A stretch of 63,300 nucleotides of DNA from Gemmatimonadales bacterium (lineage in GTDB: Bacteria > Gemmatimonadota > Gemmatimonadetes > Gemmatimonadales > GWC2-71-9): NCBI GenBank assembly GCA_035695405.1, contig DASSED010000179.1, positions 1-63,300 of the forward strand, in the 5' to 3' direction. Below the pieces are notes generated by a model that ran no database searches, was not told the DNA's origin, and was given only the letters and a program-made list of their open reading frames with translations. Shown one piece after another: positions 38,178 to 49,200 of this stretch (its first letter is position 1; each line of letters begins with the position of its first letter). The translations under genes were made by a program, and so were the position numbers.

Positions 38178-38746
38178 TGCGGTGCGACGAGGTTATCGCC
38201 GCCGGCCGTGACCTCGAACTCATCGCGGCGATTTTGAGCGTAAGCGGCCTCGTCGTTCCCCGGGTTGAGCGGGCGCTCCTCGCCATACGAGATCACGTCC
38301 AGGCGTGAGCCTTCGACCCCTTTGCCTTCGAGATACCGCTTGGCGGCGGCGGCCCGCCGATTGCCCAACGCCAGATTGTATTCATCGGAGCCGCGCTCAT
38401 CGGCGTGGCCGGCGATCCGAAGCTTCACGTTGGGGTTGGCGACGAGAATGGCGGCCTTTCGATCAAGCGTTTGCTGATCCGCCGGGCGCACCGCGGCCTG
38501 GTCGTAATCGAAGTTGATCATCGCGGCCAGATCAGCGGAGACAGCGCGGGCTCGCTCGGCGGCTTCCCGGGCCATCCGCTCCCGCTCCAGGCGATCGCGC
38601 TCCGCGCTGTCATCAGCCGGCGCTGGTGCCGGCGGCGCCGGAGCGGGCGCTGGCTCGGGGGCGGGCTCCTCGGGGGCGGCCTTTCCACCGCAGGCGACGG
38701 CGAATGCCGACGCAGCCAAGAGCATGAGCAGAGATGGTGCGCGCAT
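38174..38746 (-). CDS. pal: Peptidoglycan-associated lipoprotein Pal (OmpA family)
   Basis: Trimmed to MRAPSLLMLLAASAFAVACGG (lipobox), with GGAG upstream. OmpA-like GHADERGSDEYNLALGNRRA. Confidence 0.88.
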   Translation of the reverse strand: MRAPSLLMLLAASAFAVACGGKAAPEEPAPEPAPAPAPPAPAPADDSAERDRLERERMAREAAERARAVSADLAAMINFDYDQAAVRPADQQTLDRKAAILVANPNVKLRIAGHADERGSDEYNLALGNRRAAAAKRYLEGKGVEGSRLDVISYGEERPLNPGNDEAAYAQNRRDEFEVTAGGDNLVAPQ

Positions 38747-38759
38747 CAGGACTCCGAAA

Positions 38760-40091
38760 TCATGGGTTGGGAACGACAGTGGCCCGCCCGAGGCGACGAG
38801 ACCACGAAGGAAGCCGAGCGGCGCCGGGCGTCGCCAGTTGCCGGACTCGGCCGGTTTCGACATCGACGATCCAGATCTGGCGGCGACCGCTCCGGTCGGA
38901 GATGAAGGCCACGTGCCGGCTGTCGGGCGCCCAGGTCGGATCTTCGTTGCGGCCGGACGAGGTGAGCTGCCGGATACGGCGCGCTCCCACGTCGACCAGA
39001 AATATTTGAGGGCTACCGGAAACCTCACGGTGGAATACGACGTTGGCTCCGTCCGGAGACCATTCAGGAGCATTCGAGCTGCCGGTGGCTCCGAAGTCGA
39101 ACGGGGCCAGGAGCTCCTGATCGGTTCCGTCGGCAGCCATCACATAGAGCTGAGGGGGACCAGCTCGGGTGGAAATGAAGGCGATGCGCCGCCCATCTGG
39201 TGAAAACGTAGGGCTTAAGTTGTCCGCATAGCGTCCCACGGTCAAGCGTTGTGCGCAACATCGCTCGACGACGTTGGCAGTATAGATATCGGTGCCGCGC
39301 TCGTCGGAATGGGCAAAAGCGAGGGTGCGGCCGTCGGGTGCAAAGGCGGGTGTGATATTGAGCGCGGTTTGCGTCCCCGGCACCGTGAAAGTCGCACCGC
39401 TCCCGAGGAGCTGAACCAGAACGCCCCCCCGTCCTTCCCCCAATTGCGTATAGGCAATACGCTGGCCGTCTGGAGACCAAGCCGGAGAGAGTGAAGTCTG
39501 GCCTGCCGGCGACACCGGTGTGAGTGCCTCGCCATCGCTGTCGGTGCGGTACACCCGGCCCCCCGACACAAACAGGAGCCGGCTGGCCGCGGCACCCGCG
39601 ATTCCGCTGGCCCACCGCGCTATGTCATCGGACAATCGGTGGACCTCGAGGCGGAAGTCCGGCGCCGTGATGGATGGTAGCGCGAGGGTTTGTTGATTGC
39701 GTACCCGGCCGGCATTTAGATCGTGCAGTCGTACCGCGAGCCCACCGGTTGCCTGAACTAGCTCGACCGCGAACTCGGCTCCGAGTGTCTTATAGAGCCC
39801 GTAATTGACTCCACCGGCATCACCCGGTTGGGTCGGGCCGACCGAACTTGCGCTCGGCGGATCGCCCACCGGAACCATCTCAAATTGGTCGGTATAGTCG
39901 AGGTCCCGGGTGACGATGGCACGCACGGAGTCGAGGCCGGCCGCGGGCAGAACTACCAGCCCTGGGCGAACGCCCGGGCGGTAATCCACTCCCACCCGGA
40001 CGCCTTGTTCCACCCGGGTCGTGTCTTGCGCGCTCACAGGTCGAGCGCACACCGTGATCGCCAGCGCTAACCACAGAGTGATTTTTGTCAT
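38760..40091 (-). CDS. tolB: Tol-Pal system beta-propeller protein TolB
   Basis: Signal peptide and a TolB N-domain. Repeated propeller motifs: SPAWSPDG, PAFAPDG, PTFSPDG, PEWSPDG, PTWAPD. Confidence 0.9.
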   Translation of the reverse strand: MTKITLWLALAITVCARPVSAQDTTRVEQGVRVGVDYRPGVRPGLVVLPAAGLDSVRAIVTRDLDYTDQFEMVPVGDPPSASSVGPTQPGDAGGVNYGLYKTLGAEFAVELVQATGGLAVRLHDLNAGRVRNQQTLALPSITAPDFRLEVHRLSDDIARWASGIAGAAASRLLFVSGGRVYRTDSDGEALTPVSPAGQTSLSPAWSPDGQRIAYTQLGEGRGGVLVQLLGSGATFTVPGTQTALNITPAFAPDGRTLAFAHSDERGTDIYTANVVERCCAQRLTVGRYADNLSPTFSPDGRRIAFISTRAGPPQLYVMAADGTDQELLAPFDFGATGSSNAPEWSPDGANVVFHREVSGSPQIFLVDVGARRIRQLTSSGRNEDPTWAPDSRHVAFISDRSGRRQIWIVDVETGRVRQLATPGAARLPSWSRRLGRATVVPNP

Positions 40092-40819
40092 CTCGTCGGC
40101 TTGAAGTAGAAGCTGACCGGGAGCACATCAGCCTGCCAGCCGTCAGGCAGCGGACCGAAGGCCCGCGCGTTTCCGGCCGCCTCCACCGCGCCCTGGGCAT
40201 CGAGGTCGAAGGCAAAGCTGCCGGAACGGGTGACGAAGTGAATGTCGCGGACTGATCCGTCTCGCAATATGAAAAAGCTGATCTCCGCGAAATTGCTCTG
40301 CTTAGCAGAGGCACGGTCCCATCGCTGGTAGACCTGGGTGACAATGTTCCGCAGGTACTCCGGGTAGGGAAACTCCAGTCCCGGGGTCTTGATCGTAGCA
40401 ACATCACTTCCCGTGCTGGGCGTCTCACCGGGAGCAGGGGCGGCCGGTGCTGCGGTTTTAGGTGAGGGCTCGCGGTCCGGTTCGGCCGGCGCGGGCGGCT
40501 TGGGAGTGGGAGCAGTTGGTTTCGGCTTGACCGGCTTGGGAACCACGGGTGCCGGTTTTTCCACTGGTGCGGGAGGAGTCTTGGGAGGCGTCGGGGGCGG
40601 CTTCTCCTCCGAAGGGGGGCTCGGCAGCGCCTCGGGCGCCAACCGTTTCGTGGTCGGAGCCGGAGCGGCCACCAGGTTCACCGCATAGGAAGGGGGAGCC
40701 GCCTTGCTGGGTCTGACGGTCCCAAAAAGCAGGGCCACCACCCCGGCATGAACTGCAATCGTACCGATCAGACCGGCAGTCCGACCGGGAATGCGCTGGT
40801 CGGTGGCGCGCAGATTCAC
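40088..40819 (-). CDS. tolA: TolA / TonB-family energy transducer
   Basis: N-terminal anchor, a Pro/Lys-rich spacer (KPPPTPPKTPPAPVEKPAPVVPKPVKPKP), and a TonB_C-like end. Its position between tolR and tolB supports TolA. Confidence 0.7.
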   Translation of the reverse strand: MNLRATDQRIPGRTAGLIGTIAVHAGVVALLFGTVRPSKAAPPSYAVNLVAAPAPTTKRLAPEALPSPPSEEKPPPTPPKTPPAPVEKPAPVVPKPVKPKPTAPTPKPPAPAEPDREPSPKTAAPAAPAPGETPSTGSDVATIKTPGLEFPYPEYLRNIVTQVYQRWDRASAKQSNFAEISFFILRDGSVRDIHFVTRSGSFAFDLDAQGAVEAAGNARAFGPLPDGWQADVLPVSFYFKPTR

Positions 40820-41244
40820 GGTGATTCTTCCTCCGCGGCCACCAAGCCCACGTTCTGGACCCCCGCGGTCCGGATCACGGCAAGGACCCGAACCACCTGG
40901 CCGTAGGGCACCCGACTGTCCGCCTGAAGGTACACACCGCCGGGTTTCCGGGTTGCCACGAGAGATCGAAAGGTTGCGCGAAAATCGGTATACGACACAG
41001 GCGTCTGATCGATGAAGATGCGGCCGCTCTGGTTGACCGTGATGACCATCCCCTCCTTGGGTGAGAGGGGCCGCGCCTCAGCCCGAGGGAGCTCGACATC
41101 CACTCCTCCCTGCATCATTGGTGCCGTAATCATGAACGTGATCAACATGACCAGCATGACGTCCACCAACGCGGTCACGTTGACATCAGCCATGAGAGAC
41201 AGCTCCCCCCGCTGGCTCCCCAAACCCCCGCCGAGACTTGCCAT
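40816..41244 (-). CDS. tolR: ExbD/TolR family biopolymer transport protein
   Basis: DVNVTALVDVMLVMLITFMI TM segment with the conserved Asp, followed by a periplasmic ExbD fold pattern. Confidence 0.85.
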   Translation of the reverse strand: MASLGGGLGSQRGELSLMADVNVTALVDVMLVMLITFMITAPMMQGGVDVELPRAEARPLSPKEGMVITVNQSGRIFIDQTPVSYTDFRATFRSLVATRKPGGVYLQADSRVPYGQVVRVLAVIRTAGVQNVGLVAAEEESP

Positions 41245-41957
41245 CAGACCAGACCCTCCCGAGCCATCGTGCCGATCAGCTCGTTGGCAAATCCCTCGAG
41301 CTCTCCGGCGAACAGGCGAACCCGATTGACGTAAATGTTGTACGCAATCACGGCCGGGATAGCGGTCAGGAGGCCCGAGGCCGTCGCTACGAGGGCTTCG
41401 GCCACCCCCGGTGCCACGGCTGCGAGGTTGCCGGACCCTTTGGAGGCAATGCCGATGAAGGCGCTCATGATCCCGAACACGGTTCCGGTCAGGCCCAGGA
41501 GCGGACTCACGGAGCCAATGGTTGCGAGCCAGGGGATGTAGTGACCCAGGAGGTCCCGCTCCGCCGCCACTTCCTTGCCGAGCACCATCTTCAAGGCTTC
41601 AAGCTGGGTGATGCTTAAGGAGCTTCGATCTGCACCTCGCTCATCCCGCAAGGCCCCGGGGCGGAGCTCGGAATAGAAGGTGACCGCCTCGCGGAACAAT
41701 CGATTGTACGGCGATGGTGGCAGCTTCATCACGGCGTGATATGCATCCCTCAGCTTGGTGGTCCGCTCCATCTCATTGAAGAAGCGGTCTGCCTGTCGGT
41801 TCAGCTTTCGGAATTGCCACCATTTGAGGATGATGATAAACCAGGATACCAGCGAGAAGATCCCGGTAATGACCAGGACCACCTTGGTTTCGGGGCTGGC
41901 CGACAACACCAGCTCCAGGGGAGACTGGGGGACGGCACCGCCGGATTGTTGGATCAA
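41244..41957 (-). CDS. tolQ: MotA/TolQ/ExbB proton channel protein
   Basis: PLLGLTGTVFGIMSAF and AVAPGVAEALVATASGL motifs. Trimmed to the TTG at 41957, which is preceded by AGGAGG and overlaps the epimerase stop. Confidence 0.85.
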   Translation of the reverse strand: MIQQSGGAVPQSPLELVLSASPETKVVLVITGIFSLVSWFIIILKWWQFRKLNRQADRFFNEMERTTKLRDAYHAVMKLPPSPYNRLFREAVTFYSELRPGALRDERGADRSSLSITQLEALKMVLGKEVAAERDLLGHYIPWLATIGSVSPLLGLTGTVFGIMSAFIGIASKGSGNLAAVAPGVAEALVATASGLLTAIPAVIAYNIYVNRVRLFAGELEGFANELIGTMAREGLV

Positions 41958-42904
41958 GCCGCCTCCTTCTTGAACCACGCGACCAGTTCCTGGAGTCCGT
42001 CCTCGAACTTGAACTGCGGCGTCCATCCCAAGACCGACTTGGCCTTGCTGACGTCGAGGGCGCTGCGGAGTAACTCCCCCGGCCGCGCGGAGGCAAACTC
42101 CAGTTGGGGCTTCTGTCCCATCACCGCTCCCACGGAAGCCGCCAAGTCCAGCACGTTCCGTTGAATGGATGTCGCTACGTTGAACGCCGTCGCATCAATG
42201 TCACCGGTTGGCAAAGCGACCCGGCTGGCGAGCACGTTGGCCCGGGCCACGTCTTTGACGAAGACATAATCCCGGGTCTGTCGCCCATCGCCGAAGACGA
42301 CAAGCGGCTGCTTGGCCAGCAGCCGAGACACGAAAATCGACACCACCCCTGCCTCCGACTTGGGATCCTGGCGAGGGCCGAACACGTTGGCATACCGCAT
42401 GGCGATTCCCTCGAACCCGCGCAGCGTTCCCAAGGCGCGCAGATAGTACTCCCCCGCCAGCTTGCTCACGCCGTAGGGAGAGATCGGCCCCTTGGGAGCC
42501 GTTTCCGGCGTAGGAATGACATCCGGGTCACCGTAGACGACTCCTCCACTGCTCGCGAAGATGACTCGTCTGACCCCTCCTTCGCCCGCCCCCTCGAGGA
42601 GATTCACCAGACCCACGACGTTGATCTCACTATCGAAGGCGGGGCGGTCCACCGACACCCGCACGTCGATCTGGGCCGCATGATGGTTCAAGACATCGAA
42701 CCGGCCCGTGGCAAGGGTGCGCTTCGCCTCAGGCGACCGAATGTCCGCCCGGACCAACCGGGCTCCGTGGGGAACGTTTTTCTCGTGGCCTCGAGACAGG
42801 TCATCGAGCACCACCACCTCCCACCCCTCGCGGAGATAGGCTTCGGCCACATGTGAGCCGATGAAACCCGCACCACCAGTGACCAAGACCCTGCCGCTCG
42901 GCAT
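41954..42904 (-). CDS. NAD-dependent epimerase/dehydratase (GalE-like)
   Basis: VTGGAGFIGSH Rossmann motif and catalytic YGVSKLAGE (YxxxK). Confidence 0.85.
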   Translation of the reverse strand: MPSGRVLVTGGAGFIGSHVAEAYLREGWEVVVLDDLSRGHEKNVPHGARLVRADIRSPEAKRTLATGRFDVLNHHAAQIDVRVSVDRPAFDSEINVVGLVNLLEGAGEGGVRRVIFASSGGVVYGDPDVIPTPETAPKGPISPYGVSKLAGEYYLRALGTLRGFEGIAMRYANVFGPRQDPKSEAGVVSIFVSRLLAKQPLVVFGDGRQTRDYVFVKDVARANVLASRVALPTGDIDATAFNVATSIQRNVLDLAASVGAVMGQKPQLEFASARPGELLRSALDVSKAKSVLGWTPQFKFEDGLQELVAWFKKEAA

Positions 42905-43036
42905 TCGATTCTCCCGCTACGATGTGGTTGAGCCTCACCCAGGAAGCGACTCGCAATATAGAAGCGGGTGAGTGAGAGGGAACCTGCGGGCCGATGGAGG
43001 CGGGTGCGTGAGTCCGGGTTAAAGCGGGATATGGAG

Positions 43037-43072
43037 CAAAACAAAAGACCGAAGCCCTGAGGGCTTCGGTCT
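43037..43072 (-). terminator. Rho-independent terminator after the LysM gene
   Basis: agaccgaagccc-tga-gggcttcggtct: a perfect 12-bp stem. On the minus strand it is followed by TTTGTTTTG. Confidence 0.75.
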
Positions 43073-43123
43073 TGGCGGTGCTCTGCCGCGGGGTTTCGGA
43101 CCTACCCTGACTGGTTTACCAGC

Positions 43124-44308
43124 TTACGATGGCAACTTGGCGACCTGAAGCACATCGGTGCCTGGAGGGATGTCAGGCGAGATCACGTTCAGCAGCATAC
43201 CAGTGGCGGTGTGGTCCCGCACGTGTACGATCTGGAGCGTGGCCATCAGCTCGTTGACCCGCATGGTGCCATCCGGAAGGCGCTGCGGCCGACGGCGCAC
43301 TTCGAACAGATCTCCGGGCGCCACGCCATCCTCTCGTCCCTTGTTTATGAAGACCACCATCTGCGGTTCCTTCAGGTCCTGCCTTCCCATGCCCCCGATC
43401 AGCGAGGCCCGCAGTCCATCCGTGACCGGCACTGCGCGACGGGCGCTCTTCTGGGTAAAGCTCTCGAGCGGCAACACCCTCTGACCGTTTCGGATGGGGC
43501 CGAAGGTGGCGACCACGCTGGCGAGATAGCGATTATCGACGGTCTCGATAACCCGCCCGATTCCGGTCGGGACCACCACGTCGCCGTAGGGCTCCAACTC
43601 ATCTCCCAGGTGAAGCAGGAGGAGACTGTCTCCAATCTCGTAAGTGGCGCCGCCCGGCGCTTCAATGGCGATGGTCGTGTAAGGCAGCGCATTGGCCCGG
43701 ACGTTCACTGCCTTGATCTGCTGCGGAGTCACCGGACCGAGGATCCGTCCGTAGGGCAGCCGCTGGTTTTCAGTGAGGAAACCCGAGGAGTAGAACTCGC
43801 TCCGCCGCAGAGGCCGATAGGGTTGCTCGGTATAGGCCTTCAGGATCTCGGAGACCGAACGCGGACGCTCCGACTCGAACAGCGGAGCCATCTCGTCATC
43901 GTTTTCTGCCAACGACGGCTGCTGAGGACCATGAGTCATGGCATCGGTGGAATCAGCCGCGGCGAGGTTGGTGGGCGCCGCGCTGCTATCAGCTCCGGCG
44001 GAGTCGCTGCTCGCCGGCACCGGCGTGTCCATGCTCGGTACGGCGGCTACATTGCTGACCGGCGCGATCCGGAGCACCTCACCGGGGTAGATCCAGTGCG
44101 GATCTTCCACCACGTCAGTGTTCTGGCGGTAGATGCCGGGCCAGAGGAACGGATCTTTCAGATAGAATTGCGCCAGGTCCCACAGCGTGTCACCCTTTTT
44201 CACCGTGTGGGTCTGGGGGAGCGGCTCTTGGGCCAATGCCGCCGACGCGGGCACGGCAATGGTCAGAGCGGCTAACCACCCCAGAGTGCAGGAAAACGTG
44301 CGCGGCAT
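43124..44308 (-). CDS. LysM peptidoglycan-binding domain protein
   Basis: Signal peptide and a LysM domain (HTVKKGDTLWDLAQFYLKDPFLWPGIYRQN...YPGEVLRI). A low-complexity linker and an uncharacterised ~250-aa C-terminal domain follow. Confidence 0.75.
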   Translation of the reverse strand: MPRTFSCTLGWLAALTIAVPASAALAQEPLPQTHTVKKGDTLWDLAQFYLKDPFLWPGIYRQNTDVVEDPHWIYPGEVLRIAPVSNVAAVPSMDTPVPASSDSAGADSSAAPTNLAAADSTDAMTHGPQQPSLAENDDEMAPLFESERPRSVSEILKAYTEQPYRPLRRSEFYSSGFLTENQRLPYGRILGPVTPQQIKAVNVRANALPYTTIAIEAPGGATYEIGDSLLLLHLGDELEPYGDVVVPTGIGRVIETVDNRYLASVVATFGPIRNGQRVLPLESFTQKSARRAVPVTDGLRASLIGGMGRQDLKEPQMVVFINKGREDGVAPGDLFEVRRRPQRLPDGTMRVNELMATLQIVHVRDHTATGMLLNVISPDIPPGTDVLQVAKLPS

Positions 44309-44595
44309 CGAGATCTCCCAGCGGCGTCGCTGTCTGTGAGGAACGGTGACACGGGCCGAACGCGAGGTATCGGGGCCGGGAGTCGCAAAATCAACGCCAT
44401 CGTCAAGGCACTTAAGGCACTACGCCTAAGTCACACTGCAGCATTTGGTTGATGGATGCGATCTCAACCAAATACTCCGCCCGATGGTCTGGCGAACGGC
44501 GGGAGCCGTGGCATCTATCGGGGATAGCGGTGGGCGGGTAGGCGGGTAGGTGAGGGTGCCTGCTGGACTCACGTACCCGCGCACGCCCTACGAAC

Positions 44596-45060
44596 TCAGA
44601 ACGGCAGATCGTCTTCTTCTGCGTCCAGCGCCTCGGGGAAGTCTTCGAAGCCTTCTTTACCCTTGGCTCCGGCCGCAACCTTGCTGGGCGGGGCGAACGC
44701 TTCGGCGCCTTCGCCTTTACCGGATAGGAGGATGAGCTCGCGGCCGTTGATCTCTGTGGTGTAACGGGTCTGGCCCTCCCGATCCTGCCAGGAGCGATAC
44801 TCGATGCTCCCCTCGACATACACCTTGTCTCCCTTCTTGCAGTATCGCTCCGCGATATCCGCGAGGTTGGAGAACTTGGTGTTCCAAAAAACCACCCGGT
44901 GCCACTCAGTCTTTTCCTGTTTCTCGCCGGCCTGGTTCTTCCATTGGCGGCTGGTTGCCACCGAGAGCGTTGCCACCCGGGACCCGTTGGCGGTACTGCG
45001 AACTTCCGGATCGGCTCCGAGGTTTCCGACCAAAATGGCCTTATTCATACTGCGACTCAC
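44596..45060 (-). CDS. ssb: Single-stranded DNA-binding protein
   Basis: OB-fold N-terminus (NKAILVGNLGADPE...WHRVVFW), a Gly/Ala-rich linker, and an acidic tip ending in DDLPF. GTG start with GGAGG upstream. Confidence 0.95.
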   Translation of the reverse strand: MSRSMNKAILVGNLGADPEVRSTANGSRVATLSVATSRQWKNQAGEKQEKTEWHRVVFWNTKFSNLADIAERYCKKGDKVYVEGSIEYRSWQDREGQTRYTTEINGRELILLSGKGEGAEAFAPPSKVAAGAKGKEGFEDFPEALDAEEDDLPF

Positions 45061-45105
45061 ATGTACCTCCAGAGGATCGAGGTCACGAGGGGACGACTCG
45101 CGCCT

Positions 45106-45133
45106 AATATAGGGTTTACCAGCGTCGCTTCAA
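45106..45133 (-). promoter_or_regulatory. Sigma70-like promoter candidate for ssb
   Basis: On the minus strand: TTGAAG, 16 nt, TATATT, about 45 nt upstream of the ssb start. Confidence 0.3.
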
Positions 45134-45160
45134 CCGAATTTGCCACCGACTGTTTCAATT

Positions 45161-45619
45161 TCACGCATGCTGCTCCAGCGGCAGCCAAAGCACCAGAGCA
45201 TCCTCTTTGGGATTCCGGTAATAGGCGGCTCGCTGCCCTACCGGCCGAAAGCCGGAGCTCAAGTAGAGAGCTTGAGCCGACCGATTCGACTCCCGAACCT
45301 CCAAGTACACCTCTTCGACACGGCGCCTTCGCAGCGTGCTCAGGCCGGCTCGCAGGAGCGCACGCGCCAGTCCGCGTCGCCGGAAATTGGGGGCCACCGC
45401 CAGGTTCAATACCTCGCCGGTCCCGGCTACTTCACGGCCGATGAGATACCCTGTGATGTTCTGAGCGGAATACCCTACCAGCCCGAAGGCCCAGGGCGAG
45501 TCGAGCGCGTCTCGGAAGCTGGCTTCGCTCCAGGGATCGCTGAAACAGCGACGCTCGATTTCCACGAGCGACGCGGCATCAGCGGGAACTGCCGACCGAA
45601 TCCGGTAAGGGCCGTCCAT
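45161..45619 (-). CDS. rimI: Ribosomal-protein-alanine N-acetyltransferase (GNAT)
   Basis: GNAT motif A (VAPNFRRRGLARALL), with context directly after tsaB-tsaE. Trimmed to the ATG at 45619. Confidence 0.8.
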   Translation of the reverse strand: MDGPYRIRSAVPADAASLVEIERRCFSDPWSEASFRDALDSPWAFGLVGYSAQNITGYLIGREVAGTGEVLNLAVAPNFRRRGLARALLRAGLSTLRRRRVEEVYLEVRESNRSAQALYLSSGFRPVGQRAAYYRNPKEDALVLWLPLEQHA

Positions 45620-46295
45620 GGGTACTCTCCCAACGCGCCTGCGCCTCGGCTGGTCGGCCGTACCTCGGCTCCCAACCACGAGGATCCTCGACCTGCTCTG
45701 CTCCCCCCTGACGGCCCACCAGCTCGAGCAGCCGGGCCGCGCGGGACGAGCCGTCGGCTCCTGTGATCCCTGGTCGGCCGATCCATGCCTCGAGACGGGC
45801 GAGGATATCAGCTGGTGCCTCGCCGATCACGTAGTCCGGCCGCAACCCACTGGCCATCAGCTCGTCGGGGCGATGCACCGACGGACTCAACACGGTCTCA
45901 ATTCCAGAGGGCGAGAATCGATATGCTGCGGCATAGATCTCGCCCCGGAGCGCGTTGGCGACCGAGAGTATCACCCCTGTTCCCGAGGGCAGTCCGGCGG
46001 CCCGGACCATGAGGGAGGGGGCTACCCATAGCCGGAGACCTCGGGCGTGCACCAGCGCCTTGGCCACGGAGGCCCCGACCCGAAGTCCGGTAAAGCTTCC
46101 GGGACCATCGCTCAGGACGATGGCCTCCAGTTGATCCAGCGTTATCCCCCCTCGAGCGAGTAACGCCTGTATGGTGGGCAAGAGTGCGGACGCATGACGC
46201 CGCGCCCCCGTGATCTCCTCCTCCAAGGGAGGAGATCCGAGTTGGCCCACTGCCACCGAGGCTCGGTCGGTTGCCGTATCCATCGCCAGCCACAT
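45579..46295 (-). CDS. tsaB: tRNA t6A biosynthesis protein TsaB
   Basis: [16 protein letters not shown] start typical of TsaB, and GPGSFTGLRVG. Trimmed to the ATG sharing 1 nt with the tsaE stop. Confidence 0.85.
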   Translation of the reverse strand: MWLAMDTATDRASVAVGQLGSPPLEEEITGARRHASALLPTIQALLARGGITLDQLEAIVLSDGPGSFTGLRVGASVAKALVHARGLRLWVAPSLMVRAAGLPSGTGVILSVANALRGEIYAAAYRFSPSGIETVLSPSVHRPDELMASGLRPDYVIGEAPADILARLEAWIGRPGITGADGSSRAARLLELVGRQGGAEQVEDPRGWEPRYGRPAEAQARWESTHGRPLPDSVGSSR

Positions 46296-46701
46296 CAGAG
46301 AGACTCCAGCCTCCGACGTGTCGGATCGGTGAGATGGGATAGGCGAAAGCGCCGGGTCGGCTGGGGAATCCAGGGTCCGGCCCGCTCGGGCCACTCCACC
46401 AGAATAGCGTCTCCCTCTGCCAACAGTCCCTCCCAATCGAGATCGGCTGCCTCATCCGGAGACCGCAAGCGAAAACAGTCGAGGTGAAACACCGGGCCGC
46501 GGGTCCCTTGGTAGCGGTGCACCAGGGCATACGTCGGACTCGTGGCCGGCCCTCTGACCCCGAGTCCCTTGGCCACGGCCTGTACCAGCGTGGTCTTGCC
46601 GGCGCCGAGGTCACCCTCGAACGTGAGGATCTCCCCGGGCCTGAGCTGGCGGCCGATGGCCTCGCCCTCAGCTTGGAGCTCGGGTTCGGTCAATACCTCG
46701 G

Positions 46702-46705
<4 letters not shown>
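46295..46705 (-). CDS. tsaE: tRNA t6A biosynthesis ATPase TsaE
   Basis: P-loop [17 protein letters not shown]..., HLDCFRL motif set. Confidence 0.88.
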
Positions 46706-48744
<2,039 letters not shown>

Positions 48745-48768
48745 CGGGGAAATATATACTGCCGGTGT

Positions 48769-49188
48769 TTATTCGGGGAGGGCGCCCGCCATGGCTAGCA
48801 GTTTCTTCCACTGGTCCTCGGGCACGGGAATCACTGAGAGCCGGGGCATCCGGACCAGAGGAAGTTCGGCAAAGCCGGGCTCTGCCTTGATCGCCTTGAG
48901 TGAAACGGTCCGGGGCAGCCGCCGATCTACCTCGATGTCCACGACCGCCAGTTTGGAGTCCTTCTGTTTGGGATCCTGGTACGGCGAACTGACTACCCGG
49001 GCCAAGCCCACGAGCTCTTTGCCTGCTCCTGAGTGGTAGATCAGCAGCCGGTCTCCCGGTACCATGCTCCGGATGTGCTTGAGTGCGACGGGATTGCTTA
49101 CGCCATCCCACGTGGTTCGACCGTCCCGCAGCAGCTGGTCGAACCCGTAGGAATCGGCGTCGCTCTTAAGGATCCAGTGATTGGGCAC
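48769..49188 (-). CDS. EVE (PUA-like) domain protein
   Basis: MPNHWILKSDADSYGFDQLLRDGRTTWDGVSNPVALKHIRSMVPGDRLLIYHSG follows the EVE-domain pattern. Ends 24 nt upstream of uvrB. Confidence 0.78.
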   Translation of the reverse strand: MPNHWILKSDADSYGFDQLLRDGRTTWDGVSNPVALKHIRSMVPGDRLLIYHSGAGKELVGLARVVSSPYQDPKQKDSKLAVVDIEVDRRLPRTVSLKAIKAEPGFAELPLVRMPRLSVIPVPEDQWKKLLAMAGALPE

Positions 49189-49200
49189 GAGCTCACCGGA

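Noticed and set aside
44412-44819. 135-aa minus-strand ORF spanning the ssb 3' end and the downstream spacer
   Set aside because: It is out of frame with, and overlaps, the clearly supported ssb gene. It is Arg/Pro/Ser-rich with no motif.
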